Part shown: positions 22,518-31,725 of the stretch, piece by piece
Layout of the letters: each line of letters opens with the position of its first letter
Position numbering within the stretch: the stretch's first letter is position 1
From: Candidatus Saccharimonadota bacterium
Lineage (GTDB): Bacteria; Patescibacteriota; Saccharimonadia; Saccharimonadales; Saccharimonadaceae
Assembly (NCBI GenBank): GCA_000503915.1
Contig: CP006915.1
Location: 660,001 to 692,000, forward strand
Length of the DNA: 32,000 nt
Reading direction: 5' to 3'
The notes under the pieces: generated by a model
Told to the model about the DNA's origin: nothing
What the model saw: the letters and a program-made list of their open reading frames with translations, nothing else
Database searches by the model: none
Program-made: the position numbers and the translations under genes

Positions 22518-23147
22518 CTACTTCTCGCCTCCTTCCTTTACCTTAGTCTTTGGCTTCTCAGTGTCCGTCGAGACGCTCTTTGGTGTTTTTGTGGATGAAT
22601 TCAGCCACTGGTCTTTTGGCACAAGGCTCTTTAGAGCTTCGATCGTTGCATAGGCGATGTTGACCTTGTTGGTCGAACCAAGACTCTTCGAGAGTAGATT
22701 GGTAATGCCGGTCACACCGATCACCTGACGGACGACACCACCGGCGATAATACCGGTACCGGGAGCCGCCGGCTTGATCAGTACACGAGCACCCGACAGC
22801 TTGACTTCAGCGTCGTGTGGAATAGTGGTATTGACGACCGGGATGATAATCATATTCTTCTTAGCAACATCTGTTGCTTTCGAGATAGCCGACTGGACGT
22901 CCGCGCCTTTTGAGACACCGACGCCGACTTTGGTCTTGCGGTCACCGACGACGACTAGTGCCTTAAAGCGGAAACGACGTCCACCCTTTACAACACGGGC
23001 AACACGGTCGATATTGATCACGACTTCTTCAAACTGTTTTGGCTCCTCAATGCGAGGGGCATTTCGCCGATCATCACGGCGACCACCACGAGGTCGTGAA
23101 GCCGAAGCTCCTGCGCGCGGGGTAGTACTTGCTGATATTTCAGCCAT
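22518..23147 (-). CDS. rpsE: 30S ribosomal protein S5 (Arg-rich N-terminal and Lys/Thr-rich C-terminal extensions)
   Basis: The core is VV.I.RV..VVKGGRRF.F.ALVVVGD..G.VG.G.GKA..V..AI.KA. I prefer the start at MAEIS (23145-23147), 1 nt after the rplR stop. The track ORF extends to 23207. Confidence 0.9.
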   Translation of the reverse strand: MAEISASTTPRAGASASRPRGGRRDDRRNAPRIEEPKQFEEVVINIDRVARVVKGGRRFRFKALVVVGDRKTKVGVGVSKGADVQSAISKATDVAKKNMIIIPVVNTTIPHDAEVKLSGARVLIKPAAPGTGIIAGGVVRQVIGVTGITNLLSKSLGSTNKVNIAYATIEALKSLVPKDQWLNSSTKTPKSVSTDTEKPKTKVKEGGEK

Positions 23148-23148
23148 A

Positions 23149-23502
23149 CTAGAACTCCAATCCTTCTTTACGAGCAGCGTCGGCGAGCGCCTTAAGCCGG
23201 CCAGCATACTGGCGGCCGTTGCGGTCGAACACTACTGATTTAATTTTTCCTTTAACGGCCTTCTTTGCGATCTCCGTACCGATAGTAGCGGCTTTTTCGG
23301 TCATCGTCCCGGTAGCTTTCTTGCCAACCGTCGTAGCTGAAGCGATCGTGGCGCTTTTGACGTCGTCAATTAGCTGGGCACTGACGTGCAAGTTGCTGAT
23401 CGTCACGCTGAGGCGTGGACGCTCGGCGGTGCCTGTAACTTTTGCGCGCACGCGGTTCTTGCGCAGATTCTTGTTGAGTAATTTTTTCTTGAGGTTATCC
23501 AT
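23149..23502 (-). CDS. rplR: 50S ribosomal protein L18
   Basis: 117 aa, with R.R.K..GT.ERPRL.V..S..H..AQ.IDD and DR.G..Y.GR.KALAD.ARE.GL.F. Confidence 0.93.
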   Translation of the reverse strand: MDNLKKKLLNKNLRKNRVRAKVTGTAERPRLSVTISNLHVSAQLIDDVKSATIASATTVGKKATGTMTEKAATIGTEIAKKAVKGKIKSVVFDRNGRQYAGRLKALADAARKEGLEF

Positions 23503-23504
23503 GA

Positions 23505-24038
23505 TTACTTACCTGTCTTTCCTGCTTTACGAAGAATCTGCTCGTCAGCATACTTAATCCCCTTGCCTTTGTACGGCTCAGGCTTCTTCAGGGCACGAAT
23601 TTCAGCAGCGGTCTGACCGACTTTTTGTTTGTCGATACCGCTAACGACGATTTCCATCTTGTTAACTGTCAGCTGGACACCATCTTGGGCCTTATACTTT
23701 ACTGGGTGTGAGAAACCGAGCTGCATGTCAATTTCCTGACCGCCGCCTGACACGCGGAAGCCAACACCGTTGACCTCTAGCTTCTTTTCAAAGCCTTCAG
23801 TGACGCCTCTCACCGCGTTGTTTAGCAGAGCGCGCTGCAGGCCGTGCTGGGCCTTCGCGATACGTTCGTCATCCTTGCGGGTGACCGTTGCGACTCCATC
23901 GTTGACTTTCACCGTCACGTCGCTCAGATGTGGTACCGTCAGTTCGCCCTTGGCGCCTTTTACGGAAATAACATCTGAATCGACCGTGATTGTCACGCCT
24001 GATGGGATCTGAATTGGTAGTTTTCCGATTCGACTCAT
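23505..24038 (-). CDS. rplF: 50S ribosomal protein L6
   Basis: 177 aa, MSRIGKLPI.IP.GV... and GVGF......L.L.LGFSHPV. Confidence 0.95.
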   Translation of the reverse strand: MSRIGKLPIQIPSGVTITVDSDVISVKGAKGELTVPHLSDVTVKVNDGVATVTRKDDERIAKAQHGLQRALLNNAVRGVTEGFEKKLEVNGVGFRVSGGGQEIDMQLGFSHPVKYKAQDGVQLTVNKMEIVVSGIDKQKVGQTAAEIRALKKPEPYKGKGIKYADEQILRKAGKTGK

Positions 24039-24070
24039 ATCTTATCCTTTCTTATTCGCAGAATATATTT

Positions 24071-24472
24071 CTAGTAGATCTTTAGCAGTACTTCACCGCC
24101 AAGACGCTGTTTAACCGCTTCGTAACCAGTCATGACACCTTTTGATGTCGAGACGAGAACGATGCCTCGGCCGCTTTTGACGCGCGGTATATCGCTAGCA
24201 CTGACGTACATGCGACGACCTGGCTTTGACATACGTGTCAACTCAGTGAATGTTGCGTTTTTGCCAGCTTCATTGATAGTAATCACGAGCGTGCCACGTG
24301 GCTTACCATCCTCGACTTTAACATCGGCGAGGTAGCCATTCTTCTTCAGTTGCTCAGCGACGACTTTTTTCAGTTTGCTGATTGGTACGCGGACTTCAGT
24401 CTTGCCCACCATTGCAGCGTTGCGGATCCGGGTCAGGAGATCAGCGATTGGGTCTGTAGATTGTAAACTCAT
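24071..24472 (-). CDS. rpsH: 30S ribosomal protein S8
   Basis: 133 aa, with DPIADLLTRIRNA and GGEVL..IY. Confidence 0.95.
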   Translation of the reverse strand: MSLQSTDPIADLLTRIRNAAMVGKTEVRVPISKLKKVVAEQLKKNGYLADVKVEDGKPRGTLVITINEAGKNATFTELTRMSKPGRRMYVSASDIPRVKSGRGIVLVSTSKGVMTGYEAVKQRLGGEVLLKIY

Positions 24473-24490
24473 ATTTTCTTCTCCTTTCCT

Positions 24491-24760
24491 TTACCAGCTA
24501 CTCTTTGTTATGCCTGGGATTTCACCCTTTGAGGCTTTTTCGCGGAAGTTAATACGGTTCAAGCCAAAGCGGCGCATGTAGCCGCGTGGGCGGCCGCTCA
24601 GGACGTCACGGTTTTTCCAGCGGGTTGGGCTACTGTTGAGTGGTAATTTCTGCAAGCCTTCCTGGTCGCCTAGTTCTTTGAGCTCGGCACGCTTTTCAGC
24701 GTATTTCGCAATCATTTTCTTGCGCTTTTCATCACGGGCAATCATCGATTTCTTAGCCAT
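24491..24760 (-). CDS. rpsN: 30S ribosomal protein S14 (long, cysteine-free form)
   Basis: 89 aa, [13 protein letters not shown]...RR.GL.RI.FRE.A..GEIPG..K.SW. It has no Cys. Confidence 0.93.
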   Translation of the reverse strand: MAKKSMIARDEKRKKMIAKYAEKRAELKELGDQEGLQKLPLNSSPTRWKNRDVLSGRPRGYMRRFGLNRINFREKASKGEIPGITKSSW

Positions 24761-25347
24761 TACCTGTTTCCTCCCTCTTTCTCAAACGGCATGCCGAATT
24801 TTTCTAGAAGTGCGCGACTGTGAGCCTTATCTTCATTCTTGATCACAAAGGTAATCTGCATACCGTGAATGACTTGAGTCTCTTCAAAGCTCAACTCTGG
24901 GAAAATAGACTGCTCGGTGATACCGAGGTTGTAGTTACCACCCTTGTCGAATGCCTTAACTTTTACACCGTGGAAGTCACGGACGCGGGGTAGTGACACG
25001 CTAAGGAATCTGTCGAGGAACTCATACATACGAGTACCCCGTAGCGTTACGGCCACGCCGATTGGCGCACCCATACCGGCACGAATTTTGAAGCCAGCAA
25101 TCGACTTCTTTGCCAGACGTTCGACCGGCGCTTGGCCGGTAACTTTCGTCAGAGTATTCTTGACGGTTTCAAGCGCACGCTTGTCGTCCTTTGATTTACC
25201 GGTTCCTACGCTTACGACGATCTTTTCCAGCTTTGGTACTTGGTGTACATTCGCTAGTTTGAGTTCGGCCTGCAGTTCCTTGACGTACGTCTTGTCGTAC
25301 ACGGCTTTCAAGCGAGGAGCGGTCATAGTAGCTGCTTTAGTAGCCAT
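24760..25347 (-). CDS. rplE: 50S ribosomal protein L5
   Basis: 195 aa. [15 protein letters not shown] and LR.FHG......D..GNY.LGI.EQ.IFPE are the L5 signature. Confidence 0.95.
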   Translation of the reverse strand: MATKAATMTAPRLKAVYDKTYVKELQAELKLANVHQVPKLEKIVVSVGTGKSKDDKRALETVKNTLTKVTGQAPVERLAKKSIAGFKIRAGMGAPIGVAVTLRGTRMYEFLDRFLSVSLPRVRDFHGVKVKAFDKGGNYNLGITEQSIFPELSFEETQVIHGMQITFVIKNEDKAHSRALLEKFGMPFEKEGGNR

Positions 25348-25667
25348 TATTTGATCTCCTTGTTTTTCAATGCGCGGGCGACACGGACTTTGCTACCATC
25401 CGTCTTGGTCAGAGTACCAACACGGCTAGTTTTGCTGGTCTTTTCATCAACCACGAGCGCAACTTTACTAATATCGACTGGGACGTGAATGTCCTTTTTG
25501 CCACCACGCGGGTTCAGCTGACTGGGCTTGACGTGACGGTGACCTTCACCAATACCTTCGACGAGTACCGTGCGGTTCTTCGTATTAACGGATAGAACCT
25601 TACCGGTCGTACCTTTTTTGCTGCCGGCGATGACTTTTACTAAGTCGCCCGAGTGAATACGTGCCAT
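25347..25667 (-). CDS. rplX: 50S ribosomal protein L24
   Basis: 106 aa with a KOW motif, GD.V.VIAG..KG..GKV. Confidence 0.93.
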   Translation of the reverse strand: MARIHSGDLVKVIAGSKKGTTGKVLSVNTKNRTVLVEGIGEGHRHVKPSQLNPRGGKKDIHVPVDISKVALVVDEKTSKTSRVGTLTKTDGSKVRVARALKNKEIK

Positions 25668-25668
25668 A

Positions 25669-26037
25669 CTAGAGTACCTCCGGAGCTAAGCTGATAATCT
25701 TGGCGTAACCAAGGTCGCGCAGTTCACGCGGTACTGGGCCGAACACGCGAGTCGCCTTTGGCGTCTTATCATCATTGATGATGACGACGGCGTTATCATC
25801 AAATGCGATCGTGCTGCCATCCTTACGTTTGATCTGATCTCGCGTACGAACAACGACCGCGCGCTGCACGGACTTTTTCTTGACGTTACCGGTCGGGTTT
25901 GCGTCTTTGATCGAGCAAACGATAATATCACCGACACGAGCATAGCGGCGGCGTGTACCACCGAGCACACGGATGCAGAGTACTTCCTTCGCACCCGAGT
26001 TGTCGGTTACCTTGAGACGGCTTTCTTGCTGAATCAC
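25669..26037 (-). CDS. rplN: 50S ribosomal protein L14
   Basis: 122 aa, [23 protein letters not shown]. Confidence 0.96.
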   Translation of the reverse strand: MIQQESRLKVTDNSGAKEVLCIRVLGGTRRRYARVGDIIVCSIKDANPTGNVKKKSVQRAVVVRTRDQIKRKDGSTIAFDDNAVVIINDDKTPKATRVFGPVPRELRDLGYAKIISLAPEVL

Positions 26038-26348
26038 TGCGCATCTCCTTTGTCCTCGGTCTTCAGAACTTCAGGGACAATAACGTCCTCTTTCAGCTCA
26101 AGGCTACCGCGTGATTTTTCGTCAATCGACTTCAAGACAAAGGCTTTTGTCTTTGAGACTCGTCGAGCCTCTTCGATAGTTACTTTGTCGCCTTTACCTG
26201 CTTCATTCTTTTCATCATGAGCCTGGTACTTACGACTGACCGTGTACTGTTTCTTGTAAATCGGGTGGGTTTCCCGACTGGTTACGGTGACGGTAATCGT
26301 CTTGTCACGCTGGTCAGAGGTGACATAACCGGTCAATGTTTTTGCCAT
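26034..26348 (-). CDS. rpsQ: 30S ribosomal protein S17 (acidic C-terminal extension)
   Basis: 104 aa, with G.V.S....KT..V.V.....HP.Y.K.......K...HDE.N....GD.V.I.E.RP.SK.K. Confidence 0.92.
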   Translation of the reverse strand: MAKTLTGYVTSDQRDKTITVTVTSRETHPIYKKQYTVSRKYQAHDEKNEAGKGDKVTIEEARRVSKTKAFVLKSIDEKSRGSLELKEDVIVPEVLKTEDKGDAQ

Positions 26349-26560
26349 TACTTTGCCTCCTTTTCAGCGTTAAGTTTGGTCATTAAACGGGCAATATCTT
26401 TACGGGTAGCGGTGAGGGCTCGTGGATTGACGAGTTCGCCTGCGGCGTGAGACTTCTGGAGCTCCAGGTAGTCTGCACGTTTTTCAGCGAGCTGCTGTTC
26501 GAGACTTTTTTCTAGCTTTGGAGCCGCTTTTTTGGTTGTGGTTCTCTTTGCGTCAGCCAT
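26348..26560 (-). CDS. rpmC: 50S ribosomal protein L29
   Basis: 70 aa, helical, with L.E...EL..L.........G.L.NP..L...RKDIAR. It sits between rplP and rpsQ. Confidence 0.88.
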   Translation of the reverse strand: MADAKRTTTKKAAPKLEKSLEQQLAEKRADYLELQKSHAAGELVNPRALTATRKDIARLMTKLNAEKEAK

Positions 26561-26564
26561 AGTA

Positions 26565-26978
26565 TTACGCCTCCTCCCGCTTGATAAACTTTGTCTTTAC
26601 CGGCAACTTGTGAGCTGCGAGGCGCATCGCTTCACGGGCAACCTCTTCGGATACACCCTTCATTTCAAACATTACCGTACCGGCTTTTACCTTAGCGGCA
26701 AAGTACTCAGGGTTGCCTTTTCCGCTTCCCATTTTGACGTCCTGCGGTTTTTTGGTCACGGGAGTATGCGGGAAGATACGGATCCAGATTTTACCACCAC
26801 GCTTGATGTAGCGGGTCATCGCCTGACGAGCAGACTCAATCTGACGGCTAGTAATGCGTTCGTTGCTTTGAGCTTGAAGCCCGTAGTCACCAAAAGCAAT
26901 GTAGTTACCACGAGTAGCAACACCGTCATTCTTGCCGATGCGAACTTTTCGATATTTGGTTTTCTTCGGTAACAACAT
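26565..26978 (-). CDS. rplP: 50S ribosomal protein L16
   Basis: 137 aa, [11 protein letters not shown]....R..G.A..G......G.YGL.A. Confidence 0.95.
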   Translation of the reverse strand: MLLPKKTKYRKVRIGKNDGVATRGNYIAFGDYGLQAQSNERITSRQIESARQAMTRYIKRGGKIWIRIFPHTPVTKKPQDVKMGSGKGNPEYFAAKVKAGTVMFEMKGVSEEVAREAMRLAAHKLPVKTKFIKREEA

Positions 26979-26983
26979 ATCGA

Positions 26984-27619
26984 TTAGCTCCTTTCGCCCT
27001 TGTTGATCCAGACCTTTACGCCGACGATACCGGCGCCATTTGGCATCTGAGCTCGAGCGGTGTGAAAGTCGATATCATTACGCAAGGTATGAAGTGACAC
27101 GGAACCTTCACTGATTTTTTCGCGGCGCGCCATTTCGGCGTTATTGAGACGCCCGGCTACCTCGATACGAATGCCCTTAGCTCCAGCATTCATCGTATTC
27201 TGTGCTGACATTTTGGTTGCCCGGCGGAAGTTGATACGACGTTCCAGCTGGCGGGCGATGTTTTCAGCCACCAATTTTGCAGAAAGCTCTGGTCGCTTTA
27301 CTTCTTCAATGTTGATACGAACCGGCAGACTGGCAATCTTTTCGATCTGGCCTTTCAGCTCGGTTACTCCGGCACCGCCCCGACCAATAACGACACCGGC
27401 TTTTGCTGTGTGAATTGTCACGGTGATAAGGTTGGCACTGCGCTCGATTTCAATCCGATGAATTGTCGGACGAGCTGCAAACTTCTTTTCGATGACTTCG
27501 CGAATCTTAATATCTTCCGCTAGCCAGTTCGCAAAATCTTTCTTGCTCGCAAACCAACGCGAGTCCCAGTTCTTGTGAACCTGGAGGCGGAAACTAATTG
27601 GGTTTACCTTTTGTCCCAT
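26984..27619 (-). CDS. rpsC: 30S ribosomal protein S3
   Basis: 211 aa, [11 protein letters not shown]......W.S.WFA, with a KH domain and G.LNGAE.AR.E....G.VPLHTLRADIDF-like motifs. Confidence 0.95.
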   Translation of the reverse strand: MGQKVNPISFRLQVHKNWDSRWFASKKDFANWLAEDIKIREVIEKKFAARPTIHRIEIERSANLITVTIHTAKAGVVIGRGGAGVTELKGQIEKIASLPVRINIEEVKRPELSAKLVAENIARQLERRINFRRATKMSAQNTMNAGAKGIRIEVAGRLNNAEMARREKISEGSVSLHTLRNDIDFHTARAQMPNGAGIVGVKVWINKGERS

Positions 27620-28026
27620 TACTTTGTCTCCTTAGCTTTCTCAGTAGCGGCTGGTTTAGCTGCTGGCTGTTTCTTGGGTTTTTCAGCTCCGGTTACCTCT
27701 ACTAAAATATTACTGGTCTTCTTTTCAAATGCGAGGGCACGGCCTTTTGCAACCGGCTTAAAACGTTTCAATCGAGTACCGACACTAACACTTAAGGTAG
27801 AAATAACTAATGTCTTGCCGTCAAGACCGTGGTTGTTGACCGCATTTGCCTGCGCAGAAGCGATCGCCTTTTTGACAGGCTCGCTGGCTCGTCGAGGCAC
27901 ATGGTCGAGAATCACAAACGCATCCGCTACCGTACGGTTACGTACGAGACTGGCGACGATCGCCACTTTGCGTGGAGCAATATCGACGCCCTTAGCATAG
28001 GAGCGAACGGTAAAGGTTTCAGCCAT
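27619..28026 (-). CDS. rplV: 50S ribosomal protein L22 (Lys/Ala/Pro-rich C-terminal tail)
   Basis: 135 aa, with ..S.RK......L.R...V..A..IL.....RA. It sits between rpsS and rpsC. Confidence 0.92.
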   Translation of the reverse strand: MAETFTVRSYAKGVDIAPRKVAIVASLVRNRTVADAFVILDHVPRRASEPVKKAIASAQANAVNNHGLDGKTLVISTLSVSVGTRLKRFKPVAKGRALAFEKKTSNILVEVTGAEKPKKQPAAKPAATEKAKETK

Positions 28027-28292
28027 TACTTCTTCTCCTTTCCGCCATGGCGACGGAACTTGCGTGTTGGTGAAAATTCACCGAGCTTGTGCCCTACCAT
28101 GTTCTCCGTCACGTAAACCGGCACGTGGACACGGCCGTTGTGAACCGCAAAGTTTTTGCCCACCATTTCCGGGGTGATCGTGCTGGCACGAGCCCATGTC
28201 TTGATAACTGCTCGGTCGTCACTAGAGAGCGCCGCTACTTTCTTTTGAAGCTTGGCGTCTACGAATGGACCTTTTTTAAGTGATCGGCTCAT
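28026..28292 (-). CDS. rpsS: 30S ribosomal protein S19
   Basis: 88 aa, [13 protein letters not shown] and F.VHNG.....[17 protein letters not shown]. Confidence 0.96.
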   Translation of the reverse strand: MSRSLKKGPFVDAKLQKKVAALSSDDRAVIKTWARASTITPEMVGKNFAVHNGRVHVPVYVTENMVGHKLGEFSPTRKFRRHGGKEKK

Positions 28293-28295
28293 ATC

Positions 28296-29135
28296 CTACC
28301 TCTTCCTCTTCGCCTCATGGCGCGTTCGTACAATTAGATTGTTGGTGCTCTTACGACGGCGTGTACGGTAGCCGAGCGTTAGCTGACCCCATGGGGTACG
28401 GGGTGCTTTACCGGTACCGTGACGACCACCGTCACCACCACCATGCGGGTGATCGGCCGCGTTCATAACGACACCACGGACACCTGGTCGAATACCCTTA
28501 CGGCGATTGCGACCAGCGGAACCAATTTTGACGTTCTGGTGCTGGACGTTTCCGACGACACCAATCGCAGCGGTTGCTTCGACGCGGAAACGACGAACTT
28601 CACCACTAGGCATACGCACTTGAGCGTAGTCACCTTCTCGAGCCATCAGCTGAGCTTTGGTACCAGCGGCGCGAACCATCTGGGCGCCCTTGCCCGGGCT
28701 GACTTCGATGGCGTAAATCTGTGAGCCGACTGGAATCTTTGAAAGTGGCATACGGTTTGAGGTTTCGATCGGAGCGTTTTCGCCGCTTTCGATTTTCTTG
28801 CCTTTTACCATACTGGTGTCGGCCAAAATGTAGTGGTATAGACCATTTTGGTCTTTAACACGAGCAATGCGGGCTGAACGGTTTGGGTCGTATTCGATTT
28901 CTTCAATCGTCGCAACCGTACCAGGAGCAAGACGGTGGTTGACTAAGCGGTAGTGCCGCTTGACGCCACCACCACGGTGACGCACGGTAATACGGCCGGT
29001 ATTGTTGCGACCAGCATTCTGCTTTTTACTCTTAGTTAGACTCCTGAGCGGCTTACGTGTGGTAATGTCGCTGTAGTCTTCGCTCGTCATGCCGCGGCGA
29101 GCAGGAGTCGTTGGGTTATACGCTTTAATCGGCAT
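28296..29135 (-). CDS. rplB: 50S ribosomal protein L2
   Basis: 279 aa, with GRNN.GRIT.RHRGGG.KR.YR and MN..DHPHGGG.G. Confidence 0.97.
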   Translation of the reverse strand: MPIKAYNPTTPARRGMTSEDYSDITTRKPLRSLTKSKKQNAGRNNTGRITVRHRGGGVKRHYRLVNHRLAPGTVATIEEIEYDPNRSARIARVKDQNGLYHYILADTSMVKGKKIESGENAPIETSNRMPLSKIPVGSQIYAIEVSPGKGAQMVRAAGTKAQLMAREGDYAQVRMPSGEVRRFRVEATAAIGVVGNVQHQNVKIGSAGRNRRKGIRPGVRGVVMNAADHPHGGGDGGRHGTGKAPRTPWGQLTLGYRTRRRKSTNNLIVRTRHEAKRKR

Positions 29136-29449
29136 TACTTGTCTCCTTTCTCATCGGCGGGCTGTTCAAACATTTGAATTGAACTACCACTAGCGAGCGT
29201 TACATAGGCCTTTTTGCTGTCTTTACGGTTGGTTGTGCCAGGGTAGCGGTTTTTGCCGCGCGAGAAACGAATTTTCTTACCAGCTTGGACGGCAGTTGTA
29301 ACGTTAACGACCTTGACGTCGTATTGTGCAGCAATGTCGGCAGCAATCTGGTGCTTGTTGGCATCCATCGGTACATTGAATACGTAGGTGTTTTGCTGAG
29401 AAAGGCCATAGGCTTTTTCTGTCGCGCGGGGGGTTAATAGCATACTCAT
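29135..29449 (-). CDS. rplW: 50S ribosomal protein L23
   Basis: 104 aa, with ...P..TEK.......N.Y.F.V...A.K..I........Y.VKV..V.T. It sits between rplD and rplB. Confidence 0.9.
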   Translation of the reverse strand: MSMLLTPRATEKAYGLSQQNTYVFNVPMDANKHQIAADIAAQYDVKVVNVTTAVQAGKKIRFSRGKNRYPGTTNRKDSKKAYVTLASGSSIQMFEQPADEKGDK

Positions 29450-30063
29450 TATTTTTCACCTCCCTTAAGCCACGTTGCAACGACGCTAACAGCACTTGGC
29501 GCAATAACGATATGGTCAGCGTTCAAAATGTGATAGACGTTTAGGTAAGTTGCGCGGGTAAGAATCACATTCTGGATGTTTTTCGTAGCGCGAATCAACT
29601 CTGGTGTCTTTTCATCGACTACAATGAGTGTCTTACGTGATAATTTATTATCAGTTAGGAATTTTACGACTTCTGCTGTCTTGCCGGCGGTTTTGACGTC
29701 GCTCACGACAATCTTACCGGCCTTGTTTGCCAGACTTAGCGCCTGCTTGACAGCGACGCGCTTGCTGGCAGTTGAGATACGCTTGGTGTAGTTCTCGTTA
29801 CCAGTTGGACCGAAGACTATACCACCACCGCGCCAGATTGGGTTACGTGATGAGCCAAATCGAGCTCGGCCGGTACCCTTTTGCTTCCATGGCTTCTTAC
29901 CACCACCGCGGACGTCGCCGCGTTCGAGCGTCTTGGCGCTCGACTGACGAGCACCAGCGAGATAGCTGTCGTAGGCGAGCTTCAGTAGCTCGTGGTTTTC
30001 TACCGTTACACCAAAAATGTCTTTCGGTAGTGTAGGAGTCGAGGTTTTGGTTGTTTCAGCCAT
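29449..30063 (-). CDS. rplD: 50S ribosomal protein L4
   Basis: 204 aa, with GGGKKPW.QKGTGRAR.GS.R.P.W.GGG..FGP. Confidence 0.95.
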   Translation of the reverse strand: MAETTKTSTPTLPKDIFGVTVENHELLKLAYDSYLAGARQSSAKTLERGDVRGGGKKPWKQKGTGRARFGSSRNPIWRGGGIVFGPTGNENYTKRISTASKRVAVKQALSLANKAGKIVVSDVKTAGKTAEVVKFLTDNKLSRKTLIVVDEKTPELIRATKNIQNVILTRATYLNVYHILNADHIVIAPSAVSVVATWLKGGEK

Positions 30064-30680
30064 TACGCGTTACCTCCATTGACGATAACAAGACCTTTAC
30101 GAGGACCCGGTACTGCACCCTTGAGGCCGATCAAGTTGTTGGTAGCATCAAGATAGGCAACTTCAAGATTCTTAACCGTTACCTGCTCGTGGCCCATACG
30201 ACCAGCCATACGCTTGCCCTTGAAGATCTTTTGTGGATACATCGATCCGATACTTCCTGGCTTACGGACGTTACCGTTACCACCGTGGGTCTTTTTACTA
30301 GTATTAAAGTTGTGGCGTTTTACCGTACCGGCAAACCCCTTACCTTTGCTAGTGCCCGTCGCAGAGACGTGGTCACCGAGAGCAAACGCACTTATATCGA
30401 TAGCGTCGCCGACTTTGAGGTCAGCTGGTAGCTCATCGACACGAAATTCCCGAATATACTTCGGCGAAATTTTGCTGGACTTGACGTGTCCAGCGACGGC
30501 CTTGCTCAGGTTCTTACCCGATCCATAAGCTACCTGAACTGCGTTGTAACCGTCGATTTCGACGGACTTTACCTGAGTCACAGTCACAGGGCCGGCTTGA
30601 ATGAGGGTTACGGGCGTCGCCGTACCATCCTCAGCCAGAATCTGGGTCATACCAATCTTGGTACCGAGAAGTGCTTTCAT
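30063..30680 (-). CDS. rplC: 50S ribosomal protein L3
   Basis: 205 aa, with LG.K.GMTQI and G.SKGKGF.G..KRH.F......HG.....R.PGSIG. Confidence 0.95.
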   Translation of the reverse strand: MKALLGTKIGMTQILAEDGTATPVTLIQAGPVTVTQVKSVEIDGYNAVQVAYGSGKNLSKAVAGHVKSSKISPKYIREFRVDELPADLKVGDAIDISAFALGDHVSATGTSKGKGFAGTVKRHNFNTSKKTHGGNGNVRKPGSIGSMYPQKIFKGKRMAGRMGHEQVTVKNLEVAYLDATNNLIGLKGAVPGPRKGLVIVNGGNA

Positions 30681-30783
30681 GCCTTCTTTTCTCCCACTTA
30701 AAATTCTTGGTGGCGAGCGGTTTCCTTGCTAGCAGGACCTTCTTCATTCACCAAGAACGAGTTGTTATTACGTAATAAGTTAC
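30681..30783 (-). promoter_or_regulatory. structured 5' leader of the rplC operon (candidate r-protein autoregulatory element)
   Basis: A 9-bp helix TTCTTGGTG/CACCAAGAA (30704-30712 with 30749-30757) encloses 36 nt. There is also a 14-nt perfect palindrome TTATTACGTAATAA (30765-30778). The SD (GGGAGAAAAGAAGG) precedes the ATG. Confidence 0.4.
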
Positions 30784-30789
30784 CATATG

Positions 30790-30819
30790 AATATACCACA
30801 TTACTCCTTGAGGAGTCAA
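30790..30819 (-). promoter_or_regulatory. rplC operon promoter (TTGACT-N18-TATATT with TG extension)
   Basis: Minus-strand read: TTGACT (30814-30819), TGG (30796-30798), TATATT (30790-30795). Confidence 0.5.
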
Positions 30820-30861
30820 TAGATCTACGGTCTGCGTCGGCGGTAAGGTATACTAGATACC

Positions 30862-31725
30862 ATGTATCGTTTCGTCGCGCGACATAAACTCACCTTCGGC
30901 GTTACACTTCTCGCGTGTCTCAGCAGTGGCTTTTTTGTGCTTGTTGTTTCTCGAGTAGAACAAGGGCGAGCAAATGCTTTGAATAACAAACAGGACGCAG
31001 CATTTGCCAAACTGGACGAGGCGGTTCGTACACGACTTGCCAGGCAGAAAGCCACCCTAGCAGCTGAAGCCAAAGAGAGAAAAACAGCCGAAGCCATGCA
31101 GAATAAGCAGTCGTCGCTACCATCAGCTCGGGTGCCATCAGTCAATTCCGCACATTACGACCCTCATCGGCTTGATATTGTCGTCAATAAAAAGCATCCA
31201 CTCAACCCCCGAGACTTTGTGCCGAGCCTGTCGACTGTCACTTGTGCCGGGCGCGGCTCTACGACAATCAGTACCCAGGTAGTTGCGGACTTCCAAGCTC
31301 TCTGCCAGGCTGCTGTCGAGGCTGCCGTGCCGCTTGATAGTTCCAGTAGCTACCGTTCGTATCAAACCCAAGTCAATACCTACAATTATTGGGTATCCGT
31401 CAGTGGTAAAAGTGGCGCCGATACGTACAGCGCCCGTGCTGGCTATAGTGAGCACCAGACGGGGCTAGCAGTTGACTTCCGCGTACCGAGCGGCGCAACG
31501 CTTAGTGACTTTACTGGTACGCCTCAGCAGAAGTGGCTTGCCAAGAATGCCTGGCGATACGGCTTCATCCAACGCTACACCAACAGTAACCAGCGCGAAA
31601 CTGGTTACACAGCTGAAAGCTGGCACTATCGTTACCTTGGACGCGAGACTGCTGAAGCATACACCGCGAGCCATACCAATTCACTTGAGTCATATTGGGG
31701 CATTTCTGGGGGAGACTATGAATAA
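30862..31725 (+). CDS. M15-family D-alanyl-D-alanine carboxypeptidase (VanY-like), membrane-anchored
   Basis: 287 aa with an N-terminal TM helix. It contains VNKKHPLNPRDFVPSL, SEHQTGLAVDF and ESWHYRYLG, which are the VanY/M15B zinc-ligand motifs. TATACT ends 7 nt upstream of the ATG. Confidence 0.8.
   Translation: MYRFVARHKLTFGVTLLACLSSGFFVLVVSRVEQGRANALNNKQDAAFAKLDEAVRTRLARQKATLAAEAKERKTAEAMQNKQSSLPSARVPSVNSAHYDPHRLDIVVNKKHPLNPRDFVPSLSTVTCAGRGSTTISTQVVADFQALCQAAVEAAVPLDSSSSYRSYQTQVNTYNYWVSVSGKSGADTYSARAGYSEHQTGLAVDFRVPSGATLSDFTGTPQQKWLAKNAWRYGFIQRYTNSNQRETGYTAESWHYRYLGRETAEAYTASHTNSLESYWGISGGDYE

Noticed and set aside
22774-23238. 154-aa plus-strand ORF antisense to rpsE/rplR. Similar long antisense ORFs occur at 26532-26972, 27575-28000, 24944-25354, 15780-16286 and 13080-13682.
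   Set aside because: All lie entirely inside strongly supported minus-strand genes. Their Ser/Arg/Thr/Ala-rich low-complexity translations are typical of shadow frames, and they have no SD or promoter of their own.
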